Shown piece by piece: positions 27,601-39,241 of a DNA stretch of 64,000 nucleotides (the first letter of the stretch is position 1; the number at the start of each line of letters is the position of its first letter). The stretch lies in contig OZ316891.1 in assembly GCA_973895155.1 (NCBI GenBank), positions 3,888,018 to 3,952,017 of the forward strand, in the 5' to 3' direction. The stretch is from Marsupella aquatica (Eukaryota > Plantae > Marchantiophyta). The translations under genes were made by a program, and so were the position numbers. Under the pieces are notes generated by a model. It searched no databases, was not told the origin of the DNA, and saw only the letters and a list, made by a program, of their open reading frames with translations.

Positions 27601-28960
27601 CAGCAATTGCATTGACAACTCTGGTGCAAGACTAAAAGAGCTGGATGGACAAGTATCACACAGAAGAGATGGCAAAGTATGGACTTACGGTTCGCATGAC
27701 GTACAGATAGAAAGGCAAGATTGCAATTCGCCCGAGCTCATCCTTCTCAAATTTCAAGAAGTTGGATGGAGCGAAGAATCGTTTGCATTTACTCCCAATC
27801 TGCTCTGTACAAATTGATGCAATCTGACAAAAGTCTTCATAATTCATCTGGTGCACAATAAGAAAATAACCATGTCAATCGTGTGTACTAACTTCGCAAG
27901 AGTAGCTTCATTGACGCACATGCGGGTGCGGTAAAATCTGAGCGATGAAGAGAGCAAAGGAGTTGTTCAATCAAGCGACTACCTTTTCAACACCAGTTGA
28001 ACTCTCGATGCTGCAATTCTCCCGCAGGCAAACCCACATTGCATCCAGATCATCTGCATTTAGTAGAACCTCAGCTTGCTTCTGCCAACATTTAAAACAA
28101 ACACATTATAACACAGTATATAGTACATTGCATCCATACATCACAATCATAGTCAAGCACGACTGCCATCGACCATTTTCCTCGATACCCTAAATTGTGG
28201 TCACTGTCTGGACTAATAGTAAAACAGCTAGCACTGTGGGCAGGCCACTGTGTTAGTGTTACAAACATAACTACCATCAAACAAGAGACACGGCAGACAA
28301 TTCCTGTACCTTGAGAAATCTAAACCGTGCCAGTCGTTGGAGCTTTTCTCCGGCTGAACCTTGTGATGGCTTCTGCAATGGTGACCACGAAAATAACAAT
28401 CAAAAGGGGGTCTTCCCTGCAATTGAGGACAGAGACGAAAGTAACAGAGGATGGGAGACGGAGAGAATCAGGGTTAGAATGACAAGCTTGCCTTTTTGTA
28501 AAAACCAGGAATGATTCCTGCTTCAGCACTCTTCTGCTGACGCTCCCTGAATGCTTCATGGAGAATCCTCTTGGTTTCCATCTCTGTGCGACAGACATCA
28601 TTGAATCAGGGTTGTTTCTAGAGCATATTTCGCGTTTTATGGTCACAGCGACTGTCAGACCATGCCTCATAGCTGCTGAGAAGACGACGAAGAAGAAGGA
28701 GAAGTTCACTCACCCGTGAGAGCTTCGGAGCCGAGCCCCGGCCCTGTGGCTACATATTTCCGCAATTGCTCAGCCCAGAGCATGGCCGGCGAAGAACTGG
28801 GCGACGGCTTCTCGTCCGCACCACCACTACCACCCACATTGACGATACTCCCCTGCTGCTGCTGATGCTGCGTCTGGGCTCTGGCACCTCCGAGAGACAT
28901 CTCGCCCGCTCCTGCTCCTGATGTTGTTGTTAAACTTCCTCGTTGCCTCGCTGCAGCCAT
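24647..28960 (-). CDS. TON2: TONNEAU2/FASS, PP2A B'' regulatory subunit (EF-hand). 12 exons: 28714-28960, 28492-28583, 28310-28372, 27983-28081, 27689-27847, 27256-27327, 26870-27002, 26465-26529, 26123-26198, 25786-25887, 25478-25676, 24647-24893
   Basis: All exon phases join into one ORF with TON2 hallmarks: GLGSEAL, LLNADDLDAMWVCLRENC, MNYEDFCQIASICTEQIG, IAILPFYLYVMRTVSLTQARIDM, NWFSLSSAQRICDMFLALDKD, EMDFDSFLDFVLALEN, VRGFWAHDNRENLLQEEEE. Confidence 0.97.
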
Positions 28961-29636
28961 CCCTCCCTCGATTTCTTACTTCCCTTCCTTCCTCGATCTC
29001 CCTTCAATTCTTCTCTCACCTACCAGACTATAGGAGGACTACGATCGTCACCCTCGGATTCCGCATTCTGTAGTAGTGTACTGGCATTTCGCGTGCTGCA
29101 AATCATTGGATGCGCTGTAATGCAACTTACGCTTCCACAGTTGTGTTCTGCCTCGACATCCGTTTCTGCCGCACGTGCTCTTTGAGAGGGAAAGTGGGGA
29201 AGGTGAGATTGTGAGAAGGAATTCAGAAGGTGGAATGATGAGGACCTGAGCCTGATGTTATTAGACAGGGAGAGGGACGATGTTGTTCGTGGATGTCGAA
29301 GAGTTCGAGTCTCTCTGTCTGTCCACTTTTTGTATACAGAGCCACTTTACAAAACTGGGTTGCATTTTGCATTTTTCTTTGCATCTCTCAATCTCCATAT
29401 GAACCTTAGGGCTGTCTTGCATGTGCTGTGCTGCATGTGCTGTGCTCTTGAGAAAATAGGCCCTTTAAATGGTCAGGTGTCATCTTTGCAATACGCATGT
29501 CTTTCCTGCCTTACCCCCCTTGTCAACCAGTCTTCAAGGCAATAGTTGAGGACTTTCAAGGGCAGAGGCTGCAAAAGAGGCTGCAAATGAGGATTTTCAA
29601 GGGCAGAGGCCGCAACATTTGCTGCCATTCCCGTCC

Positions 29637-29763
29637 TGATTTTTGAATCTCATGTAAAATAAAACAATCTTTACACATGTGCTGCCTGTGCTGATGTGCC
29701 TGACTTTTGAATCTCATGTAAAATAAAACAATCTTTACACATGTGCTGCCTGTGCTGATGTGC
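29637..29763. repeat. 64-bp tandem duplication upstream of TON2
   Basis: TTTTGAATCTCATGTAAAATAAAACAATCTTTACACATGTGCTGCCTGTGCTGATGTGC occurs twice (about 29641 and 29706). Confidence 0.9.
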
Positions 29764-32700
29764 AGATTCAAGAGATCACTGTTTACCTATATTTGTGAGC
29801 TGGTAAGGGTGTATTTTTTTAGGACCTTGCACATTCAAGACAACCTTTATTTATTTATTTATTTATATATGGAGAACCAAAACCCCAAAGTTACAATTGC
29901 GTTTTGAACCAAAACATCCTGGCTAGTTGGCAGAACTTTGAATAGTTGGCAGAACTTTGAACCATAAGGATACACCCAACAATATGATCATAATCAAATT
30001 TATACTGTCTTAAACTTGGCTTCAATTCTCAGCAATAATGTAAACTCAAGTACGTAGCAAGTCAATCATCAATATTAATTAATGAAGACATAAAGCATAA
30101 GATGATCAAATACAAGAATGAAGAGATTTTGGTCAATGCCCATGCAATCCAAACATCCATTAAACGCAAGGGGTTGTTGCAGATGTCTTGTTATCATAGA
30201 ATATTTATTGTGTCAAAACCATTATTTGTCCAAAGATGTGTGTTATTAATTTGTTGAAGTTGCATGTTGTTCAAGCAAGGGCAACCCCTACGCTACATAG
30301 AACTTGCCATTATGGCAACATTTTTGTTTTAAAATTGTTGTATTAGCTATCATTATTGTTAGTGCAATTGTGTTGTCTTTACAAAAATCTTGTTATCAGA
30401 GAACATTATTTTGTCTGTCAAAAGCCATTATCTCTTCAAAAATATTATCATTGCACAAAGTATGTGTAAAGATATGTTGTAGAAATCATACAATAGTGGA
30501 GGGTGTAAGGTGCAAATGGGTACAAGGGAGAATTGGGTGCTTCTGGCGAGAGTTTTGCCAAAAAGTGGTAAAAAATGTTAGAATGTACAGTTTTAGGGGA
30601 AAAAAGAATTAAATATTTTAGGCTAGCAATTTCACCAAGTCAAATAAAGTGCCCTTTAATTTAACAAAATCAAATCATGGTTATCGGCCAAAATTCTATG
30701 TAGTACGAGTGTGCGACTGTTCATTTCTCTTTCAAACAAACATGGATCCTTTTGACCCCCTTAATGTACACTCATTTATTAAGTGGCAAAGAAACCATAC
30801 AACCCTACATTTGAGTATTGATCGATCAATCGCAAGTTTGATACTAGTCTCAAAGATTGCACTAGATCCTTTTTAAAAATTGAAGTAAGAAAATGATATT
30901 GGTATCGCCTTTTCTATTCAAGTACACTTCTGAGAAGGTGTTAATGTTTTGTGAGGCCGTTCTCAAATGCGGACCCAACTTTAGTGTTCTTGAAAAACTT
31001 TTGATACTGGTTCTTGAGAATAGTAAGCTCTGAAAAACATGTTGGGTGTCTAGTTACGGACCCCACTAGAGGTACCTTCCAAAATTCCTGACTCCACAGC
31101 ACGCCACATCATCATGGCGCGCTGCAAATAGGAACGGATTGGTTTCCACAATGAAATTATGCCAACATTCGTGTTTGCGGCAAGATTTTGGTAAAATTGA
31201 GGACGCCATGCCGTAAACCTTGATGAAAAAAGTTATCAAAAATAATTGTTTTACTTACCCTGAGTAGGCTTTCAACTCAATTTTATTTACCCCGCTTAAC
31301 TAACTGCCCACCCTTTTTTTTGAATTGTAATTCAATTGTAATTAAAGTAATGAAGCAACACTTTAATTACAACGGCAATTAAGAATCTTGAGCATGGCAA
31401 TTAAGAATCCTGTTTCTGCAGCGCCAAAAGGTCATTTCTGTTTAGCACTCCTTCTCTAGCAATCTGTCTTTTGGCATTGTTGTTTCCTCGTGTCGTGCTC
31501 GTGGACAGAAGAATTATATGACAAACAGATTCAGCTTGTGAAGTAGGCAATTACTGAGCAGGAAATACCAAACATTGCTCCACAACTTGATGCAGCTTAG
31601 TGAGCGTTGCCCTACTTTTCTTGGAGTGGAGATCTGAATTGGTAACAAACAAAAGAACATAACAATTTCATAAGGACGAAACGAGCACACTGACTGCACG
31701 TACCATTGCTCTTGTGGGTTCTTACAGATCCAATCTATTACTGACCCAGGCTCGTATTTCAGGAGTTCATAAAGGAGGCAGCTTGATCAAAGACTAGTCT
31801 ACATGTAGGACTTCAAATTGTATCTCCATATCTGGTTTTTGAAAGGGAAGAGCTAACCCAGTGCTCCATTGCACCAGACAGAGCTTGGCTTGATTTGGCA
31901 GTAAGAAATACTATCTAGCAATTGATAGACCAGGGCTCTACAAGTTTCTACGAGCACAGTCGATGCCTTTTCATGATCAAATTGAAAATATTAGAAGTAA
32001 AGCTAATTTGAGAGATCACTTGATAAGGACGCAGATCATTATTGGAGCAAAAAGAAACAACGACTCTGTCAAACGCATTGACCCTCAAGAGGCTCGTTTG
32101 CAAGAGGCTCCAGAAGAGGCTGTGGTAAAAAGGATTATGTTTAAAGAGACGTTCAGATATGGATAAAGGATTTTGATGAAATCATCCGAGAGTTCCAGGG
32201 TGAGAGGTCAATGTGGTTATTGTGAGGAAGAAGGAACGAAAACTAAGAGATGAGGAACTTGGGGCGGAGGAGTAGGTTTGGCTGCTGAAAGGCGAATAAG
32301 ATTGAAAGGTTCAGGTGACGATTAGAGCTATTTGGGAGACAGTAGCGGGAATGCATTTGTTGAAGTTCAGGAGAGAAACGGTCGAATGTGACTTCTGTGA
32401 TGAGAAGAATTGGATTGAAAACTGATAGAGAATGTGAATGGGTCGTAAGGAATCGGGAAGTGTAATGGAGAAGATAGGGGTCCACGAACTAATTGCATGT
32501 ATTAAGTTTTCTTATTTACCATTTTGTAAAAGATCTTATGCTTAGAACCAGATTTTCTAAGAGGCTTGTCCCCTCTCAACAATTTTTCAAGTTCCTTGGG
32601 TTTCCCTGTGCCTAAGTTTCTAGATTTCTCTAGATAAATTGGGTAGAATGACATTTTTTTGTAAGAGCTCCTAAGCACTTTTGGTATCAAGAAATTGATG

Positions 32701-33186
32701 TGATCTATTCTAGATATGGACAACAACATCATAGTAATTAAGGCAAGATTAAAGGACAAGGCAAGGCTAAATCAATTAATTCTCAAAACTAAACCAGGAG
32801 AATGACATCAACTGGTCTCTATGATGACATTCAATGTGGGCAAACCTCTTTCACATTTGTGCTTAGTCCATGCACTAAAAATTATCACAATTAACAAGAT
32901 GACCATTATCAACTAAGTCTTTCTTGAACCAAACTACGGGGTATTGGGTTGAGAAGAATACTTTTATATTTCTATAAAAGAACATTAGCATTTTAAAAAT
33001 CTAATTTTGAGAGATATAAGTAAATATAGGGTTTTAGAAATAAAATTTAGGAATAATTTTAGAAAAATCCAAAAAGATAAGGGTAGAAAATTATGTTAAA
33101 AACGTTTTCCTTATTTTTAGGTTGTTTAATAGCTAAAAACCTGGAGCATGTTATAAGACCCCCTTTAGAGTGAGGCCCTCAAGATC

Positions 33187-33367
33187 TTTTAAATCTAATT
33201 TTGAGAAACTTATAAGATTGAACATTAAGGTATTTTTAATCAAAGTTTTGGAATATTCAAGCTGAATAGGGGTTGGATTTTTATTATTATTATTTACATT
33301 TTAGAGGGTGCAAAGCCTAAGAATGTCGTAGGTGATGGGGAGGCCTCCATATAGTGAGACCCTCGAG
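33187..33367. mobile_element. Truncated MITE, subfamily 3
   Basis: Aligns with about 17570-17756 and ends ATATAGTGAGACCCTCGAG. Confidence 0.7.
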
Positions 33368-36300
33368 GTCCAACCTTGGAAGCTCGGGTGGAAGCTTTGA
33401 GCAAGCACATGGTTGAGAGTTGTTTTTTCTTTTAAAACTGTCTTTTGTCTACTAGAGAGGATGCGCTTGAGGATGCACTCTTTCATAAGAACATAATATC
33501 ACACAAATGATTAGATATGATGAACAAATCAACCCAGATTGTACATTGCTGTAAAACAAAAGAATGTTAGGCAAGAATGTGCCCACCTTTCAGATGCAAC
33601 AACAAGCTTCCCAATGATCCTATCATGTCAACCAAAAGTACCAAAAAGGGAACGGGATGGAGTGACCTGCAGCTGCCAAGATTGGTTGACCACGATTGAC
33701 TGAGTTTTGGTCAAGTCCATGCCAGCAGGCTTTGTTTGTCTACCATGGTTTTGTGGACAACATCCACGTCAATCTGGGATTTTAGTTCCTCTTGGTTGGT
33801 CCCCAAATTGATAACTATTCAATTTTTGATTAGTGAAGCAAAGAGTCGGGACTCTTTGTTCTATTTAAGACTCTCCATTCAACTTCTATGCCACATAAAT
33901 ACCATCCTTTATATTTAAGATACAAACCAGCTACTTACTTGTAGCGGTCCATGGGGATAGACAATTATGACTAAATAGAATACATTTTAAAGAAAATTTT
34001 AATGTTAGTAGTGATGTGAAAAAAGACATTATTGTGTATTGTTCTCACATGAATACTGGAATAGATGATATGATCAAGATATAAAATTTTCTAAAAATAT
34101 TCTTATCTAAAAAGTTATATTTTTGTTTTTCCCAACCTACCCTACCTAGATGTATTTTTCACCCATTTGATATTTATTTTATTAATTGATTCAAAAGTGC
34201 ATTATAAAAAGATCTATTTTTATTCTATTTATTGTTTCAATTTAATTTTTATTTTCAACTATTCAAGTAACGGTAATCTAAAAATTAGTCCGTGGACCCC
34301 TTGTTGATCCAAGGAATGTGTGTAAAATTTTATTTTCTTTGAACAAAGAAATGAATTTTTTATTTATGCAAAATAGTTTTTTTATGCCACCTATAGACTA
34401 TAGCAGGAGCTACTTATTTGTAACATGCCGACTAGCTATGGCATAGTAGCAAGCCAAATTATATCAACATTACAAATATTAAAAATACAATTGTCATGAA
34501 ATACAAACAACCATGATTGAATTGTGCATAAAACAGTTGTTCAAGACATATTATCTTTTGATATTTCTATTACTTGTATTCGAAGTAGTCATAATATAAT
34601 ATGTGAAAATGTTTAATTAATGTTGAAGATATTTTTGAAATATAATCAATGGTCCTTTTCAAGACAAGTGAATTGATCTCATTATCTTTAGTAATTCTTA
34701 TTGTATATTAGATAGTTGAATATTGGGTGAATACCCTGCTGGCCATTGATATTGTGTGACATGGTTTCTTCATCCATTTGTTAGAAAGAATTCAGATCAG
34801 AGGTGCATTTTTGTAGTTAGGATGTGTATTTCTCGTGCAATAATTGTTTGTCTTATAGGTTAGGTCTTTAGTTGATTTGATCGAGCACCCTTTTCAATTG
34901 CCCCTCATTTTCCTCAATCTCAAGGGTAGGGTTGGGAGTTCACCTTCCAGAAGGTGAGCTGTTGGTTAGAGTACAGCAGGTATGTTGACTCCTCTATTGT
35001 CACGGTTAGAGAAAGTCGTCTCCTTGTTCAACTACTTGGATCCTCTTGGATTTGATTGGCCATCCCAATCCTAGGTCATCTGATGTTGTAAGAATAAGAA
35101 ACATTGTAGTGAGTGGAAGCTTGGTTATGTAGGCTTGCAAGGAAATCTCAACCAGGCATGAGTGGTGCCCGGAGTGGTGCAGGGGTAGATTTTTTCAATC
35201 TAAACTTTCAGAAACTTTCAGAAAAACTAAAACTTTGCAAGACAAGTAAAAAGGAGTACGAAAAGTATATCTGCCTTATTGGAGTGCTCATTCATAATTA
35301 CATTATCATCATTCATTGCTTTTTGAACATTTGTTGCTGATTGCTGATAATTCACGGGCTGTTTACAGGCCACTTATAGGTCACTTAAATCTCAAGAGGT
35401 ACACTGGTAAATTGTTGATATCTTCTAGCTTCTACTATAGCTTGGTCTAATTATTAGTTAATGTCATCTAGGTTGGTCTAATCATAACCAGCTAGTAGAG
35501 CAAGCATAGAGCACTACTAGTACTCATCACATCTGGAACTCCAAGTGGATCTGAGAGTGTGAATTTATGTTAATGATGAAGCATATTTGAATGTATTCAT
35601 CTCCATTTATGTGAAAATATGGGAACTAATTATACTAATACTCAACACATTTTGAAGTGCAACTAAATATGAAGGTGACTTTACTAGAATTCAGGGCACT
35701 AGGGAATGTTGCAAAAATGAAGTCAGCCTCTAATAGGCACTGACAATGATTAGCTTGTTGACGTGGATTTGTTGAAAGGAAGTTTTCAAGAACCACTGTA
35801 TAAATCAAATATCTAACTACTATGAGTGTCAATTAATCCATTATCTCTTACCTTGATAGTTGGATTACAACGCATCAATGCTTTGGAAGAGAAACTACAA
35901 TACAATTCACATTTATTGCTAATCGGTGATACAAATATGGTCATTCTATACAACTCAACTCTCTTAAAAATTGCAAAAAATAATCATTATAATAATAGTC
36001 TAACAACAACAAATAGCTCAATGAGAATGTGATAGCACAATCATGTGTTATTTTATGTGACTTTAATTCAAAATAACTATAAAGCAATCATAAATTTTTT
36101 ATAAATTGAGACATCATGCTAAGACTAAACATCAAACCTACTTTTGTTTTGTGACATTAGCTAAATTTTTGAAAAGCTAAGAATGTCAAAATGTTTCCAT
36201 CATGTTCACTGGACACACACACCTGAGACACGAGTAAACCTATTGGTCTAGATCTTTTTAAATTTTGTGTTTCTCTGCTTTGATTTGATAACTGAACATT

Positions 36301-38154
36301 GTAGTTTTGTGCAGAGCTTTTTGAAAAGTGGAAATAAGTCTCAAATTGCAGTACATAGAAAACAACAAGTGAACAGTAGGAAACAACCCAGTAGGAAACA
36401 ACAAGTGATCCTCTAGACAAGTGCACCCGAGCCTGGTGCGATTGCAGCTGTCTGACTCAGAAAGTTAATGCTCTTTTGGACTCTTGTAATTATCTTGGTG
36501 GCCAAAGAATTCTATCAAAGTCTCCAAACTAATTCTGTAAATTAAACTTCCGTAACTAAGAATTGTATACTCGATAGCGCTTCTTATCCATTGGTCCACA
36601 ATGAATGAGCATTATAATTGCAGACTAAGACCAAGCCTATGCACTATAACTTGTGCAGGCCCAGCTTAATTATGTGAGTACCACCATCCAAATTGAAAAA
36701 CTCTCATGTCTTCATCTTAGAAAAGCTTCCATCTTTGACTCTTTGATCTGAATAGGATAAGCAAGAAGTGACGGGCATGACAAAGAATCAAGCACCTGAT
36801 CAAGCAGCTCCGTGACATGTAGCCACAATTTCTTATGACATCTCTCGCTCCAACCGCTTGTCACAAAATGAGACACATCGAGCTGAACAATGAGGCTGCC
36901 AATGTTTTGAATGCACATCCTGTCTTCAGGAAATCCTTCATGACAAGCCCTCGTTGATTCTCCTGTGGACTTACAAGAGCAATCTCGTATCCATCACAAA
37001 TCCATCTATTTGCTTGGTACAAATGACAAAATTTGTTGGCTTCAACATATCCTACTATATAACCAAACAAAATTTGTAAGACAAAGAAACAATTTTGCAG
37101 AGCTCATTCAATTCTCTATATCTCTTGGATGGTTGATCATTGGTTGAAAGTTTAGACACAATGGTCCTGTTCTCAAAGGCTCCTCATTGCATACTAACTG
37201 ATTCCAACCCGAAGGTCATTATCAAACCACGTGATGCTAAGGGAGGAGGGTCCTTAGCTTCTTTTGTTCCGGCGGTTTTGTTTGGGTGGTTACAAGGATA
37301 TGGTTACTTTTAATGTTGAACACTATTTATTTTTATAAAAAGAAATCTACAAATGTAAGTAAAGCGATTATGGGTGAATGTTTTTAATCTTGTCCTTTCC
37401 CTGGGCCCTCAACTTACCTAATCCCGGAAACACGTGCACCCGCTTGAAGGGTATTTTTAATCCATTTCCAGCTGATAATTATAATTCAATTAGAACCAAC
37501 CAACCCGCAACTTTATACAAATTCGGGTTTATAAGGAAGAAGGGTATTTCCAAAACCGTGGCATATTAACTCAGCCGAAGGGGTCCTATAATGTATGTGA
37601 CACGCGTCATTGTATAAGGGGCCATGTGGCAAGGTCTCAATCATTGGAACATGTGTCTCGATCGAGTGAGTCACTCTATTAGTATCTAGACTCATATCTT
37701 AGCTTGATTATCTGGTCTGTAATCCCGTTTGTAATTATAGTCTCTCCAATGTAGAGTGCACGCTTGGTGCAAGCAGTGTCATGCTTGTGGGGATGTTGCC
37801 ACTGCCCACCTATTGCCTACCGATCCATGTCTTGTTTGTAGTCTTGCCTATACTAGTGTGGATGGACATTTTGTTTGGATTACCTCGTTTGGAGCTTATT
37901 CCCGAATTTTTGCAATCTTTTTGTGAAGAAACCTAGTTTCTGCACAAATTCTAAGTGTTTGACGCAAATTACAAAGTTAAATCTCCTTCTATTTTATTTA
38001 AAATGATAGAGACCTCAAAAATATCTGAAACTTGGGCAGAAAATGGAATGGACATAGGAGATTATCCTGGCAAGATGTGAGCTTCATCGGAGCAGCGGTT
38101 AAGAAATTATGATTTTTTCAAAGTTATTAAGTCTTTATCTGCAGTATTGTTTTC

Positions 38155-38307
38155 GAACGCTTTCTGAAAGCGTCCACCAAAATTATAACGCTTCTGAAAG
38201 CGTCCGACTTCAAGACTTGACGCCTTGGAAAGCGTCCCTGACCCCGATGAAAAAGTATGGACGCTTTTGAAAGCGTCCCCAGTACTCTGACGTTTTGCAA
38301 AACGTCC
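38155..38307. repeat. Five imperfect 20-bp palindromes (GGACGCTTT..AAAGCGTCC) with 9-21 bp unique spacers
   Basis: Copies at about 38155, 38186, 38218, 38259 and 38288. Confidence 0.8.
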
Positions 38308-38996
38308 ATGTACTTAGTTTCCGACACTTGGAAAAATCTGTGTTAAATTGCATTTACACCCAACAACACTTTTGTCCAATTTCTTTGAAGCACTTAGACC
38401 ACTCAGAAAAGTCTGAGATTTTTTTTGCTTGCAGATTGAAGGTAGTACAAGCCATTGTAGGAAAATCAACATTTTGGGTGTTAGTTATTAGGAATTAAAA
38501 ATAGAGAAATCTAGTCAAATCTTATATTCTATCAGAAAAGTTTAATGACACTTAGCCATTTCAACACTTAGACTTAGTTTTTATTGGAACTTAGTATTAG
38601 AATTATATTCTGTCAAGTTTTGTTAGTCTAAAAAGGGTATACCTTTCCATACCTCCTTTATGTTAGGCCTCCAAACCTATAAAGTCTTTTAGAGATACTC
38701 CATGGGAGAGAATCTTATTCAGTGTGGAATTTGCTGATTAATTCTCCTCCTTCCATTGTAACAAGACATTGAGAGTCAAGGTCTTTTATGGAAGTAAAGC
38801 TTGATTCTGAAGTATGATTAAATTCATGACACATTTGTGATGATTGAGTTTAATAATTAACTTCTGAGATTTACATCGAATTCACTGCTAAGCTTGCTCG
38901 CTGTGACGAGATTTGTTAGCCAGTTCGAGGATGAATGTTGTTTGTGAGAGGCAAAATTCCTTTCTCAGAGTAATTAGTACCGATTACTATATTCAG

Positions 38997-39241
38997 CTCG
39001 GGGGGGTCACTTCCATGGAAGTGGCATATCATGTGCGACGAAGTATAGGGCCATTTAAATGGTTTTGGCGGAAGACTTATTAAGTCTTCTATGTAAATAT
39101 AGGGTTGTTTAATTGCAAAATGCATACGTGTCATCACATGATTGGTGCCGTACAACTTTCTAGAAAGTGACTTAGGGGGGTCATAAATGACCCAAACCGT
39201 CGCACGTGATGTATGACCCTTCATATAGTGACCCCCCCGAG
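38997..39241. mobile_element. MITE, subfamily 2 (perfect 15-bp TIRs, no TSD visible)
   Basis: CTCGGGGGGGTCACT ... AGTGACCCCCCCGAG. The flanks ATATTCAG and TGCACTGG do not match. Confidence 0.85.

Noticed and set aside
27299-28709. Antisense and alternative-frame ORFs overlapping TON2
   Set aside because: Shadow ORFs across TON2 exons and introns, fully explained by the spliced minus-strand gene.
31500-37200. Short ORFs in the 31.5-37.2 kb interval as genes or a transposase
   Set aside because: Fragmented, with no motif I can identify; probably old TE debris.
38155-38307. CRISPR-like look of palindromic repeats with unique spacers
   Set aside because: Spacers are 9-21 bp and irregular, repeats are degenerate, there are no cas genes, and the context is eukaryotic.
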